A stretch of 64,000 nucleotides of DNA from Minisyncoccota bacterium (GTDB lineage: Bacteria > Patescibacteriota > Minisyncoccia > Phycocordibacterales > Phycocordibacteraceae), in contig JBAYHD010000002.1 in the NCBI GenBank assembly GCA_041666305.1, forward strand, positions 684 to 64,683, given 5' to 3'. The notes under the pieces are model-generated. The model searched no databases. It worked only from the letters and a program-made list of their open reading frames with translations, and had not been told where the DNA came from. Position 1 is the first letter of the stretch; every line of letters begins with the position of its first letter. Below, one piece after another: positions 53,773 to 62,904 of the stretch. Made by a program: the position numbers and the translations under genes.

Positions 53773-54174
53773 ATGGATTATGCGACTGAAAAAAGGCCGA
53801 AGCGCGATTGGTGGCAGAAGGGAAGGGCGTTCGATCTTTGGTCCATCCCTCATTTTCTTTTCGGGATTCTAACGGCGCTCCTGCCGTCGCTCGTCGGCAT
53901 ATCACTCTTGACCGCACTCACGATTACGCTCGTGTGTGCGATGGCGTGGGAGATATATGAGAAATTCGTGTATATCAGGGAAACGGTCCAAAACAGCCTT
54001 CTTGATATTCTGTTACCCGTCGTCGCATTTACGATAACCTCAGAACTGATTCTTTTCTATCCTCCTCATCCCGATGACCTTCTGGTCTTGGCGACCGCCG
54101 TTTTCGTCCTGTATTTATTTACCAACATTTCCGGCTGGCGTGCATATCGTCGCCGCAACCGTGCTTTCAGGTAA
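53773..54174 (+). CDS. hypothetical integral membrane protein
   Basis: four TM helices; start ATG 53764 or 53773 at the scpA stop. Confidence 0.4.
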   Translation: MDYATEKRPKRDWWQKGRAFDLWSIPHFLFGILTALLPSLVGISLLTALTITLVCAMAWEIYEKFVYIRETVQNSLLDILLPVVAFTITSELILFYPPHPDDLLVLATAVFVLYLFTNISGWRAYRRRNRAFR

Positions 54175-54207
54175 CACTCTAATTACATCCCCAGAAGAAG
54201 CCGTTGC

Positions 54208-54340
54208 CCGGTAGGACAACTTGGCATCAGGTTTTTGCTTCGTACAACATTCAATCACGTTTCCATTGGTAAGAAGCCATAAACAAGATCCCTTGCCAAA
54301 ACAAACTATCCCCAGAAGCAATGCCAAGTAGTCCTCACCG
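54208..54340. mobile_element. structured palindromic repeat element, copy 3 of 4 (with compensatory arm changes)
   Basis: TIRs CCGGTAGGACAACTTGGCAT / ATGCCAAGTAGTCCTCACCGG; flanking CGTTGC at 54202-54207 and 54342-54347. Confidence 0.65.
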
Positions 54341-54380
54341 GGCGTTGCCGTAGAGGTGCGGCACGACTATACTGAGACCA

Positions 54381-54953
54381 ATGCTCACGCCTCCCGCCGC
54401 AGCCCACGCCCTCCTCTTTGCTTCCGGAGAACCGCTTGAAAAAAAGCAGTTGGCGAAGCTATTAGAAATTAAAGAATCGGAAATCGCTTTGGTCCTAAAA
54501 GCGCTCACGGACTCGCTCCAAAATAGCGGCGTCGTAGTCGTGGAGACTGATACTGAAGTAGAGCTTCGCACGGCTCCCGAGGCGTCTATCATCGTGAAGA
54601 AACTCCGCGAGAGCGAGCTCGCACGCGACCTCGGGAAAGCAAGTTTGGAAACGCTTGCGGTCATCGCGTACGGTACCGGCCCCAACGGGGCCCCCTTCGG
54701 GGGCACGACGCGCGGAGAGATAGATTGGGTGCGCGGCGTCAATTCTTCAACGTCGTTGCGGACTCTTCTCATGCGCGGACTTATTGAGGGGAAGGAGGAT
54801 GAACGCGACAAACGCCGTATCCGCTACAGCCTCACTACCGAAGCGTTCGCGCATCTGGGCATAAAAAATGCATCGGAGCTCCCGCGAGCAAGGGAGCTCA
54901 GTGCCGCGGCGGGAAATATCATCAAAGAAGAATCCGCGGCAGAAGCTGCATAA
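54381..54953 (+). CDS. scpB: segregation and condensation protein B
   Basis: LLFASGEPL, winged-helix repeats; contains ~8-aa GPNGAPFGG insertion relative to typical ScpB (memory of family). Confidence 0.8.
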   Translation: MLTPPAAAHALLFASGEPLEKKQLAKLLEIKESEIALVLKALTDSLQNSGVVVVETDTEVELRTAPEASIIVKKLRESELARDLGKASLETLAVIAYGTGPNGAPFGGTTRGEIDWVRGVNSSTSLRTLLMRGLIEGKEDERDKRRIRYSLTTEAFAHLGIKNASELPRARELSAAAGNIIKEESAAEAA

Positions 54954-54956
54954 TTC

Positions 54957-55901
54957 ATGGACTCATCCGACCTTCAAAAACTTGCCGAACACACGCGCTC
55001 TATGCGCGAGGCCGGCGTTGCTCTCCTTTTGGCCTCAGGATTCCTTGCCCTTTTTCTCTTCACGCCGCTCGGTCCGAAAGAGGCCGGACCTGCGCCAGTC
55101 GCAGCGGCACCAGTCATTCCGGATGCGTTCGCGAAGGTATCGGTAGATGCGAAAGCGGCGGTTGTGTACGACGTAACGACCAAGCAAATCCTGTATGCGA
55201 AAAATGCCGACGCGCAGCTTCCGCTCGCGTCTCTCACAAAGCTTCTGACCGTGTACGCGGCGCTTTCCGAACTTTCGCCAACGACGCCGATCACCATTCC
55301 CGCTGATGCTACCCGTCTCGACGGCCCGCACGTCTTCAATGCCGGACAAACATTTGCACTGAACGACCTCGCACGGCTCACACTGACCGCATCGCTGAAT
55401 GATGGTGCCACCGCAATCGCCGAAGCCGTGGCGAGCCGCCAAAATCTCTCGCAAGGCGACATGCTCGCCGGAGCCGCCGCTTCGCTTGGCCTTTCCCAAA
55501 CGTATGCGGTGAACGGCAGCGGCTTGGACGTGAACACCGTGATCTCCGGCGGATATGGTTCGGCGCGCGATCTCGCCGTACTCGCCGGTGCGCTTGTTGC
55601 ACAAGCTCCCGACATTGCGCTTTCAACAACGGAAAGTTCCGCACAAGCGGTTTCGGAAGGCGGGACGGTATTCAAGGTTTTGAATACGGATCCGATGGTC
55701 GGCGTCATCTCGCGATTGTTGCTTTCAAAAACCGGCTATACCGATCTCGCCGGCGGTAATCTCGCACTTGTCTTTGATGCGGGCATGGGGCATCCCGTTG
55801 CGGTCGTCGTGCTCGGTTCGTCCCAAAAGGCCCGCTTTACCGACGGCATGGCGCTCGTAGCGGCGACACTCGCGCACTTCGCCGGCGTGGCGTCCCTTTG
55901 A
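54957..55901 (+). CDS. D-alanyl-D-alanine carboxypeptidase (serine-type, PBP5/6-like)
   Basis: SxxK motif ASLTKLLT, SxN (SLNDGA), signal/TM N-terminus. Confidence 0.75.
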   Translation: MDSSDLQKLAEHTRSMREAGVALLLASGFLALFLFTPLGPKEAGPAPVAAAPVIPDAFAKVSVDAKAAVVYDVTTKQILYAKNADAQLPLASLTKLLTVYAALSELSPTTPITIPADATRLDGPHVFNAGQTFALNDLARLTLTASLNDGATAIAEAVASRQNLSQGDMLAGAAASLGLSQTYAVNGSGLDVNTVISGGYGSARDLAVLAGALVAQAPDIALSTTESSAQAVSEGGTVFKVLNTDPMVGVISRLLLSKTGYTDLAGGNLALVFDAGMGHPVAVVVLGSSQKARFTDGMALVAATLAHFAGVASL

Positions 55902-55907
55902 GCAATC

Positions 55908-56987
55908 ATGATCACTTCGAACATCATCAAGGTATTCATTCCCGCGACGGCATCGTTCGCCGTGGGAATTCTGTTAGCGCCGCTCCTCACGCATTATTTG
56001 TACAAATATCGAGTGTGGAAAAAAGTGGCGAGCAAGACGGCGCTCGACGGTACGCCGGCGGTCGAATTTGAGAAGCTTCGCACAAGCGTGCACACCGGTA
56101 CCGAGACCTCCACACCGAGGATGGGCGGTATTCTCATATGGACGAGCGTCACAATCGTCACGCTCGGTGTCTGGCTTCTTGCCCGTCTCATTCCCATCCC
56201 GCTCACTGAAAAACTCGATTTCCTCAGCCGCAGCCAAACGTGGATACCGCTTTTTTCTCTGCTTGCGGGAGCACTCATGGGCCTCGTGAACGATATTCTG
56301 GACATTCACCCCTCGGGTGAACGCGGCGTGCGACTACGCACCCGATTACTTTTTGTCACCGTTGTTTCAGCGTTCATCGGTTGGTGGTTCTATGCAAAAC
56401 TCGGCGTTGATGCCATCGGCATCCCCGGCGACGGCACATTCACGCTCGGTGCGCTTATCATCCCTCTTTTTGTCATCATCACGCTCGGATTGTATGCCGG
56501 CGGCGTCATCGACGGTATTGATGGACTCGCCGGCGGGGTTTTCAGTACTGCCTTCATGGCATACGCCGGCATTGCGTATTTTCAGAATCAAATTAACTTG
56601 GCGGCCTTTTCCGCCACGCTCACGGGCGCAATTCTCGCCTTCCTTTGGTTCAACATCCCTCCCGCGCGATTCTGGATGACCGAGACCGGAACTATGGGTC
56701 TCACTATGACGCTCGCGGTCATCGCGTTTTTGACCGACACGCCGGGGAACGGCTATGGCCTCAGCGCACTGCCCATCATTGCGTTCCCGCTCGTCATCAC
56801 CGTCCTTTCAAATATCATTCAAGTGACTTCCAAAAAACTGCGCGGCGGAAAAAAAGTATTTCGCATAGCGCCCCTGCACCACCACTTTGAGGCTATCGGC
56901 TGGCCGTCCTATAAAGTGACGATGCGCTATTGGATCATTTCCATCGTGTGCGCTATCGTCGGCATGACCGTCGCGCTTCTCAAGTAA
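55908..56987 (+). CDS. mraY: phospho-N-acetylmuramoyl-pentapeptide transferase
   Basis: VIDGIDGLAGG, APLHHHFE motifs, 10 TM helices. Confidence 0.9.
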   Translation: MITSNIIKVFIPATASFAVGILLAPLLTHYLYKYRVWKKVASKTALDGTPAVEFEKLRTSVHTGTETSTPRMGGILIWTSVTIVTLGVWLLARLIPIPLTEKLDFLSRSQTWIPLFSLLAGALMGLVNDILDIHPSGERGVRLRTRLLFVTVVSAFIGWWFYAKLGVDAIGIPGDGTFTLGALIIPLFVIITLGLYAGGVIDGIDGLAGGVFSTAFMAYAGIAYFQNQINLAAFSATLTGAILAFLWFNIPPARFWMTETGTMGLTMTLAVIAFLTDTPGNGYGLSALPIIAFPLVITVLSNIIQVTSKKLRGGKKVFRIAPLHHHFEAIGWPSYKVTMRYWIISIVCAIVGMTVALLK

Positions 56988-56993
56988 CCATGC

Positions 56994-57127
56994 CCGGTAG
57001 GACAACATGGCATCGTGTCGTCTTTGCTCCAGTCGTGAGCAGGGCAACAAGCGTTCGTTGCCATTCGTACGTTTTAAACATTATGGAGATGCTGACACAT
57101 GGAGTAATGCCATGTTGTCCTCACCGG
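56994..57127. mobile_element. structured palindromic repeat element, copy 4 of 4
   Basis: TIRs CCGGTAGGACAACATGGCAT / ATGCCATGTTGTCCTCACCGG; begins 6 nt after the mraY stop and ends 2 nt before the ftsW ATG. Confidence 0.65.
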
Positions 57128-57129
57128 GT

Positions 57130-58230
57130 ATGAGAAAGTTCGTCTCCGGCGATCGCATGTTCTTTATGCTCGTCCTGGCCATTGTGCTTTTGGGGCTTGC
57201 GATTTTTTCCTCCGCGGCGCTTGGACTTCTCGCACGCGAGAGCAGTTCGGTATCAAAAGACATCATGCTCCAGGCCGGACTCGGTTTTGGTCTCGGATTC
57301 CTAGCCCTTCTCATTGCACGCGCCATTCCGCTTGTGCACATTAAGCGCTTCGCACCGTATATTTACGGAGCCTCCATCCTATTTACCGCGCTTGTGTTCG
57401 TGCCCGGCATCGGACTGCATGCAAATGGCGCTACCCGCTGGATAAGCCTCGGATTCACCACGGTCCAGCCGTCTGAATTTCTGAAGATCGGTTTTGTCAT
57501 TGCGCTTGCCTGGTGGCTCACTCCGCGTGCGCGGCAACTTTCCAGTTACAAAAGCGGGCTGTTCCCCTTTATCATTATGCTCGCTATTCCCACGGCGCTC
57601 TTGCTCGCTCAGCCGAATACGTCCACGACGCTCCTCATCATCGTTACCGGCGCAGTCATGTATTTTGCCGCGGGAGCGCCGTGGCGCGACTTCGGCATTC
57701 TCGCACTGACCGCGATCATCGGGCTTGTCATTATCGCCATGATCCGGCCGTACGTGCTTGAACGCGTAAAAACATTCATCGATCCATCCGCCAATTCGCT
57801 TTCGAGCGGCTATCAAATACAGCAATCGCTCATCGCCATCGGTTCGGGCGGTTTGCTCGGCAGGGGATTCGGTCAAAGCGTAGAGAAATTCAATTATCTG
57901 CCGGAACCTGACGGTGATTCCGTGTTCGCCGTGTTTGCGGAAGAAACCGGATTTCTCGGCGCCATTTTTCTACTGGCGCTTTTTGTCGCGCTCGCGGCAC
58001 GCGGTATCGTGATAGCGGGGGATTCGCGCGATCTTTTCGGCGGTCTCATTGCGCTCGGATTTTCATTCATCATCATTTTCCAAGCGTTCGTCAATATGTG
58101 CGCGATGCTCGGCATCATCCCGCTCACCGGCTTGCCGCTGCCATTCGTTTCTCACGGCGGCACGGCGCTCATGGCTGCCCTTATTATGTGCGGCCTCATT
58201 CTCAATGTCGCGGCTCATCGTAAAAACTAG
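57130..58230 (+). CDS. ftsW: SEDS family peptidoglycan glycosyltransferase FtsW/RodA
   Basis: 10 TM, conserved SEDS motifs; start ATG 57130 (MRKFVSG); track ORF 57007 starts inside the repeat element. Confidence 0.85.
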   Translation: MRKFVSGDRMFFMLVLAIVLLGLAIFSSAALGLLARESSSVSKDIMLQAGLGFGLGFLALLIARAIPLVHIKRFAPYIYGASILFTALVFVPGIGLHANGATRWISLGFTTVQPSEFLKIGFVIALAWWLTPRARQLSSYKSGLFPFIIMLAIPTALLLAQPNTSTTLLIIVTGAVMYFAAGAPWRDFGILALTAIIGLVIIAMIRPYVLERVKTFIDPSANSLSSGYQIQQSLIAIGSGGLLGRGFGQSVEKFNYLPEPDGDSVFAVFAEETGFLGAIFLLALFVALAARGIVIAGDSRDLFGGLIALGFSFIIIFQAFVNMCAMLGIIPLTGLPLPFVSHGGTALMAALIMCGLILNVAAHRKN

Positions 58231-58235
58231 CAGGA

Positions 58236-58290
58236 TAGGCGCTAGGCTTTAGGTTTTAGAGAATGCGCTAGCGCCCAGTGCCTAGAGCCT
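58236..58290. repeat. TAGGCGCTAGGCTTTAG...CCTAGAGCCT composite repeat (inverted copy of 33291-33356 locus)
   Basis: TAGGCGCTAGGCTTTAG 58236-58252 is the exact reverse complement of 33340-33356; CCTAGAGCCT 58281-58290 is the rc of AGGCTCTAGG. Confidence 0.45.
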
Positions 58291-58305
58291 GCTACACTAG
58301 TTCAT

Positions 58306-59445
58306 ATGACCATCGCGTTCACAGGAGGAGGCACCGGCGGGCACTTCTATCCCATCATTGCCATCAGCGAGGCGCTCGGCGATCTCGTACGCGAGAAGCA
58401 TCTTATTGAGCCGAAGCTGTATTATCTTGCGCCGAATTCCTTTGATGAAAAGGCGCTCTTTGAGAACGGCATTGCCTACATCCGCATACCGGCAGGGAAG
58501 ATGCGTCGCTATTTTTCGCTGATGAATATCACTGATTCATTTGTCACTTTTTTCGGAACGATATCGGCACTCGTCACGCTCTACCGCCTTTATCCGGACG
58601 TCGTGGTCTCTAAAGGCGGGTACGGCAGCGTGCCGACCGTGCTTGCGGCTCGCATCCTGCGCATCCCCATCATCATTCACGAATCGGATGCAAAACCGGG
58701 CCGCGCAAATCTGCTTGCCGCCAAATTCGCAACGAAGATAGCCATCTCTTTTGAAAGCGCGGCGGCATTTTTCCCGGAGAACGTTCGTGCCAAAATAGCC
58801 CGCACCGGCATTCCAATACGCAAGGCGCTCATGCGCATTGAGCCCGAAGGTGCGCGGCAGTATCTCGGACTCGAAAAAGATACCCCGACGATCCTTATTC
58901 TCGGCGGTTCTCAAGGCGCGGTGAAAATAAACGAGGTTATTTTGTCGTCCCTTCCGGACCTCGTTTCAAGCGCCAATATCATACATCAAACCGGTCAGGC
59001 GAATATCAAGGACGTCGAGTCGATTTCGCAAGTCATTCTTGCGAAATCCAAGAACGCGGACCGATACCATCCGGTCAATTACCTCACCGAAATTTCGCTC
59101 CAGCGGGCCGCCGGCGTCGCAGACCTCATCATCTCGCGCGCTGGCGCGAACAGTATCGCTGAAATAGGCCTCTGGAAAAAACCGGCCATTCTCGTTCCTA
59201 TTCCGGAATCCATCAGTCATGATCAGCGCACGAACGCCTACAGTTACGCGCGCACCGGAGCCGCCATCGTACTCGAAGAAGGAAATCTGACGCCCCATGT
59301 ACTCGTGTCGGAGGTTCGACGCATTCTCGATGATAAGGCGCTTGCAAAACGCATGGGCACATCTGCCGCAGGATTCACCGATCCGGATGCCGCGCGCATT
59401 CTTGCGAACGAAATATTGCAGATATCGCTCGCGCACGAATCATGA
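58306..59445 (+). CDS. murG: UDP-GlcNAc--MurNAc-pentapeptide-undecaprenol GlcNAc transferase
   Basis: GGGTGGHFYP N-terminal G-loop, GT28 C-terminal domain. Confidence 0.85.
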   Translation: MTIAFTGGGTGGHFYPIIAISEALGDLVREKHLIEPKLYYLAPNSFDEKALFENGIAYIRIPAGKMRRYFSLMNITDSFVTFFGTISALVTLYRLYPDVVVSKGGYGSVPTVLAARILRIPIIIHESDAKPGRANLLAAKFATKIAISFESAAAFFPENVRAKIARTGIPIRKALMRIEPEGARQYLGLEKDTPTILILGGSQGAVKINEVILSSLPDLVSSANIIHQTGQANIKDVESISQVILAKSKNADRYHPVNYLTEISLQRAAGVADLIISRAGANSIAEIGLWKKPAILVPIPESISHDQRTNAYSYARTGAAIVLEEGNLTPHVLVSEVRRILDDKALAKRMGTSAAGFTDPDAARILANEILQISLAHES

Positions 59446-60806
59446 GCACCGTCGTTACTCGTTTCGCTCCTTCGCCAACCGGATACTTACACGCCGGCAA
59501 TTACCGCACTGCCGTATTCGCATATCTTTTCGCGAAGCACGAAGGAGGGAAATTCATTGTGCGGATAGAGGACACTGATGTTGCGCGCTCCAAGCCTGAA
59601 TACGTAGCGAACATTCCCGAAATCCTCAAGTGGCTCCGATTACCGGCTGATGAATCATATCGACAAAGTGAGCATCGGCCACGACATCGAGAATTGCTTG
59701 AAAAACTTATCGCTGAAGATACGGCATATGTCTCAAAAGAAACGCCGCAAGCCCCGGGTGATAGGGAAGAGGTCATTCGTTTTAGGAACCCTGGTGGGAC
59801 CGTTACGTTCACTGATATCATTCGCGGCGATATAACGACCGATGTTACCGACCTCGGCGACTTCATCATTGCTCGTTCTCTCGATGAGCCAGTATTTCAC
59901 TTCGCAGTGGTTGTGGATGATGCTGATGAAGGTGTTACGCATGTCATTCGTGGCGGCGACCATATCTCGAACACTGCGCGCCAAATGCTTATTCAGCGTG
60001 CGCTGGGTCTCCCTCTGCCGCTCTATGCACATCTGCCGCTCATCATGGATAGCACTCACAAGAAGCTTTCAAAGCGTGCGGGTGCAAAATCGTTAGCTGA
60101 CTATCGCGATATGGGAATCTTGCCAGAGGCGCTTCTTAACTATCTCGCGTTCCTTGGCTGGAATCCCGGCGATAATCGCGAGTACATGACGCGAGAAGAA
60201 TTGGTTGGAGCGTTTGATCTCTCGCGTGTTCAGAAAGGAAGCGCCATCTTTGATGAAGTGAAATTGTTGTCGGTGAATCAGCACTGGATGCGCGCCCTTC
60301 CTGACGAAAAATTCCTCGCCCATGTGTGGGACTTACGAAGTCCCACATCTGATGTGGGACTTCGTAAGTCCCACAATTCCGAAATAATCACGAAAATCGT
60401 GCCGCTTCTGAAAGAACGCGCGCAGACGTTCGAAGAGGTGCGCGAGATGCTTGCCCGCGAGCTTTCCTTCTTTTTTTCAGACCCAAAAATTGACCTACAG
60501 CAGCTTGTCTTGAAGGAGCCTGCAGACCGTCCGGGAATGACCAAAATGGCTCTAGAAAGCCTGTTTGAGGCCATAAACAGCCTTCCGAAGGGCGTTTCTA
60601 GCGAGGCGGTAAAAGAGGCCCTTATGCCGCTTGCCGATGCCGAGGAGGCAAAAGGGAAGGGAGGCCGTGGAGCCGTGTTATGGCCATTGCGCTACGCCCT
60701 TTCTGGAGAAGAGCGGTCGCCAGACCCATTCACTATCATAAGCATACTTGGAACGAAAGATTCCATTTCTCGACTTCAGGCCGCTCTTGGTATACTTAAA
60801 GGATGA
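59442..60806 (+). CDS. gltX: glutamyl-tRNA synthetase carrying an in-frame 51-bp double palindrome
   Basis: PSPTGYLHAGN, KLSKR motifs; palindromic segment 60325-60375 encodes WDLRSPTSDVGLRKSH. Confidence 0.9.
   Translation: MSTVVTRFAPSPTGYLHAGNYRTAVFAYLFAKHEGGKFIVRIEDTDVARSKPEYVANIPEILKWLRLPADESYRQSEHRPRHRELLEKLIAEDTAYVSKETPQAPGDREEVIRFRNPGGTVTFTDIIRGDITTDVTDLGDFIIARSLDEPVFHFAVVVDDADEGVTHVIRGGDHISNTARQMLIQRALGLPLPLYAHLPLIMDSTHKKLSKRAGAKSLADYRDMGILPEALLNYLAFLGWNPGDNREYMTREELVGAFDLSRVQKGSAIFDEVKLLSVNQHWMRALPDEKFLAHVWDLRSPTSDVGLRKSHNSEIITKIVPLLKERAQTFEEVREMLARELSFFFSDPKIDLQQLVLKEPADRPGMTKMALESLFEAINSLPKGVSSEAVKEALMPLADAEEAKGKGGRGAVLWPLRYALSGEERSPDPFTIISILGTKDSISRLQAALGILKG
60325..60375. repeat. 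in-frame double palindrome: two 23-bp perfect palindromes TGTGGGACTT(ACG/CGT)AAGTCCCACA separated by 5 nt
   Basis: each unit 9-bp stem + 3-nt centre; whole 51-bp segment nearly self-complementary so both strands encode similar peptides (track ORF 60278 minus). Confidence 0.6.
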
Positions 60807-62059
60807 ACCGAGCGTGGATACTCGTTTTTTTGTTTATAGGCATCGGGTTTTTTTCATCTGCGCCTGCCGTCCATGCGCAATCGGCCGCGGACCTGCAAGC
60901 GCAAATTGATGCTAATAATAAACAACTTGAGACGCTTAAGGCGGATATTGCAAAGTTCCAGCAACAACTTGATACAATTAGTACACAGAAAAATACGCTT
61001 CAATCGACCGTCAGTTCGCTCACAATCTCGCAACAACAACTCGCGGCACAGATCAAGGCAACGCAGAATAAGATCGCTTCAGCGAACCTTAAGATCAAAG
61101 AACTCACTAATTCTATCGGTGACAAGGAGGCGCTGATCGCTACAAACCAAGATGCGATAGCTAAAGCGCTCCGCGTCATCGCTGAAGACGAAAGAACGCC
61201 GCTTATTGCCACCCTCATTTCCGCGAATACATTCGGCGAGGCGTGGCTGAAAGTCGATCAGGCGCTACTTTTTAATCGGGCGCTTGCAGAGGATATTAAT
61301 GACCTGCGCACCGTGCGCACTGAACTTGCAAGTAGCCGCGATGAGGTGATGGTCGCAAAAACAAAAATTGTTTCGCTCCAGGATGAACTCTCGTTACAGA
61401 AAAAATCTATTGATCTCCAGAAAACGGCACAACAAAAACTTCTAGCTGACACAAAGAATCAGGAAAGCATCTACCAGAAAATGATGGCCAATAAAAAAGC
61501 CGATGAGGCCGCTTTCGAAGCGGCGTTGTTTGAGCTTGAGTCGCAACTTCAGTATGTTCTCGACCCGAGTCATATTCCTCCTGCTGGTAAAGGGGTGCTC
61601 CGATGGCCGCTGAGCAACGTGTTCATCACACAACAATTCGGTAAGACCTCGTCTTCCCAACGACTGTACGTTTCTGGAACACACAATGGTGTAGATTTTC
61701 GCGCGTCCATTGGTACCCCGGTTCGAGCGGCACTTTCGGGAACGGTGATCGCAATTAACTATGGATCGGTACCGAATTGTCAGTATGGAAAGTGGGTACT
61801 CATTAGACATCAGAACGGTCTCGCGACACTCTACGCGCACCTTTCCGATATCAGTGTGCCGAAAGGAGCATCGGTCTCTACGGGACAAGTCATTGGATTC
61901 TCCGGCAGTACCGGCTACGCAACAGGCCCCCATCTTCATCTTGGTGTCTATATCGCTGAAGCAATTTCGTTCAAACAATTCACTTGTTGGAATAAATCAG
62001 TCGTAAACATACCGGTTGCACCACCGAATGCATATCTCAATCCTCTTTCGTATCTCTAG
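60803..62059 (+). CDS. M23 (LytM) family peptidase with N-terminal coiled coil (EnvC-like)
   Basis: signal peptide, long Q/L coiled coil, C-terminal GVDFRASIGTPV...HLHLGVY M23 motifs. Confidence 0.8.
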   Translation: MNRAWILVFLFIGIGFFSSAPAVHAQSAADLQAQIDANNKQLETLKADIAKFQQQLDTISTQKNTLQSTVSSLTISQQQLAAQIKATQNKIASANLKIKELTNSIGDKEALIATNQDAIAKALRVIAEDERTPLIATLISANTFGEAWLKVDQALLFNRALAEDINDLRTVRTELASSRDEVMVAKTKIVSLQDELSLQKKSIDLQKTAQQKLLADTKNQESIYQKMMANKKADEAAFEAALFELESQLQYVLDPSHIPPAGKGVLRWPLSNVFITQQFGKTSSSQRLYVSGTHNGVDFRASIGTPVRAALSGTVIAINYGSVPNCQYGKWVLIRHQNGLATLYAHLSDISVPKGASVSTGQVIGFSGSTGYATGPHLHLGVYIAEAISFKQFTCWNKSVVNIPVAPPNAYLNPLSYL

Positions 62060-62663
62060 AGCGCCAAAGGAGTAAGCTGGCGTACGTGCGGTGCGGGGAC
62101 CATTTTTGCGCAATGGACAAAAGGGAAGACCGTGAAGCGTTTTTTGGCAGATCGTAGATGGCTTCCATTGCGCGGACAAGACCGAGGTCGCCCGGGGAGA
62201 ACACATCGCCGCGACCGAGCGCGAACATCATAAACATTTCTACCGTCCACGGGCCAATGCCCCATATCCGCATGAGCTGTTCTGCGGCTTCCGCTTCGGG
62301 AATTTTCTTGAGCGAAAGCAGATCAAGCGAATTATGTGCAACTGCTTTAGCGATTTCTTTAAGGGTTTTTATTTTCGCACCCGATAATCCCGCGACCCCT
62401 AGAGCCGCGGGCCGCACTTTCAGGACCGCTTTTACCGTAAGCGTACCGCCGCAAGCCACCTTTACGCGTGCAAAAATAGCATCGGCCGCCGCGAGTCCGA
62501 GCTGCTGCGAAATAATAGTTGACACCAGTGATTCAAATAATTGTGCGCGCGTTCGTTTTGCGCAGAGTTGCAATGGCAGGGAAGTGTGGTGTCGTACTGT
62601 ACGGGCATAGAGATGCGGGTCCACGCGCTTCAAATGCTTCAATGCGGCAGCCTTTCTCGTCAT
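62037..62663 (-). CDS. HhH-GPD superfamily DNA glycosylase (AlkA-like 3-methyladenine glycosylase)
   Basis: helix-hairpin-helix GIGPWTVEM and GD loop SPGDLGLVRA; convergent 23-nt overlap with M23 gene. Confidence 0.7.
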   Translation of the reverse strand: MTRKAAALKHLKRVDPHLYARTVRHHTSLPLQLCAKRTRAQLFESLVSTIISQQLGLAAADAIFARVKVACGGTLTVKAVLKVRPAALGVAGLSGAKIKTLKEIAKAVAHNSLDLLSLKKIPEAEAAEQLMRIWGIGPWTVEMFMMFALGRGDVFSPGDLGLVRAMEAIYDLPKNASRSSLLSIAQKWSPHRTYASLLLWRSRDTKED

Positions 62664-62715
62664 GACGAGATACTAGCACCGGTCTATTGCCGTTGTATAA
62701 TGCCTGTATCCATAT

Positions 62716-62904
62716 ATGTCCATCGTATCTCTCGTCAAGCTCGTCATCTGGGTACTGATACTGCTTCTTGCATTGTCATTTTTTGGCATCTCCATCCAAG
62801 CCATCGTGAGTTCCCCGACCGGTCAGGCGAACTTTAATTACATCTTCTCCATTCTTCAGCAATTGTGGCAATGGGCTACTTTTTGGATCCGTCCGTCAGC
62901 ATAA
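62716..62904 (+). CDS. small hypothetical membrane protein
   Basis: 62 aa, one TM helix; weak. Confidence 0.2.
   Translation: MSIVSLVKLVIWVLILLLALSFFGISIQAIVSSPTGQANFNYIFSILQQLWQWATFWIRPSA

Noticed and set aside
57007-57129. Upstream extension of the ftsW ORF
   Set aside because: It lies entirely within repeat element copy 4. The SEDS protein begins at ATG 57130.
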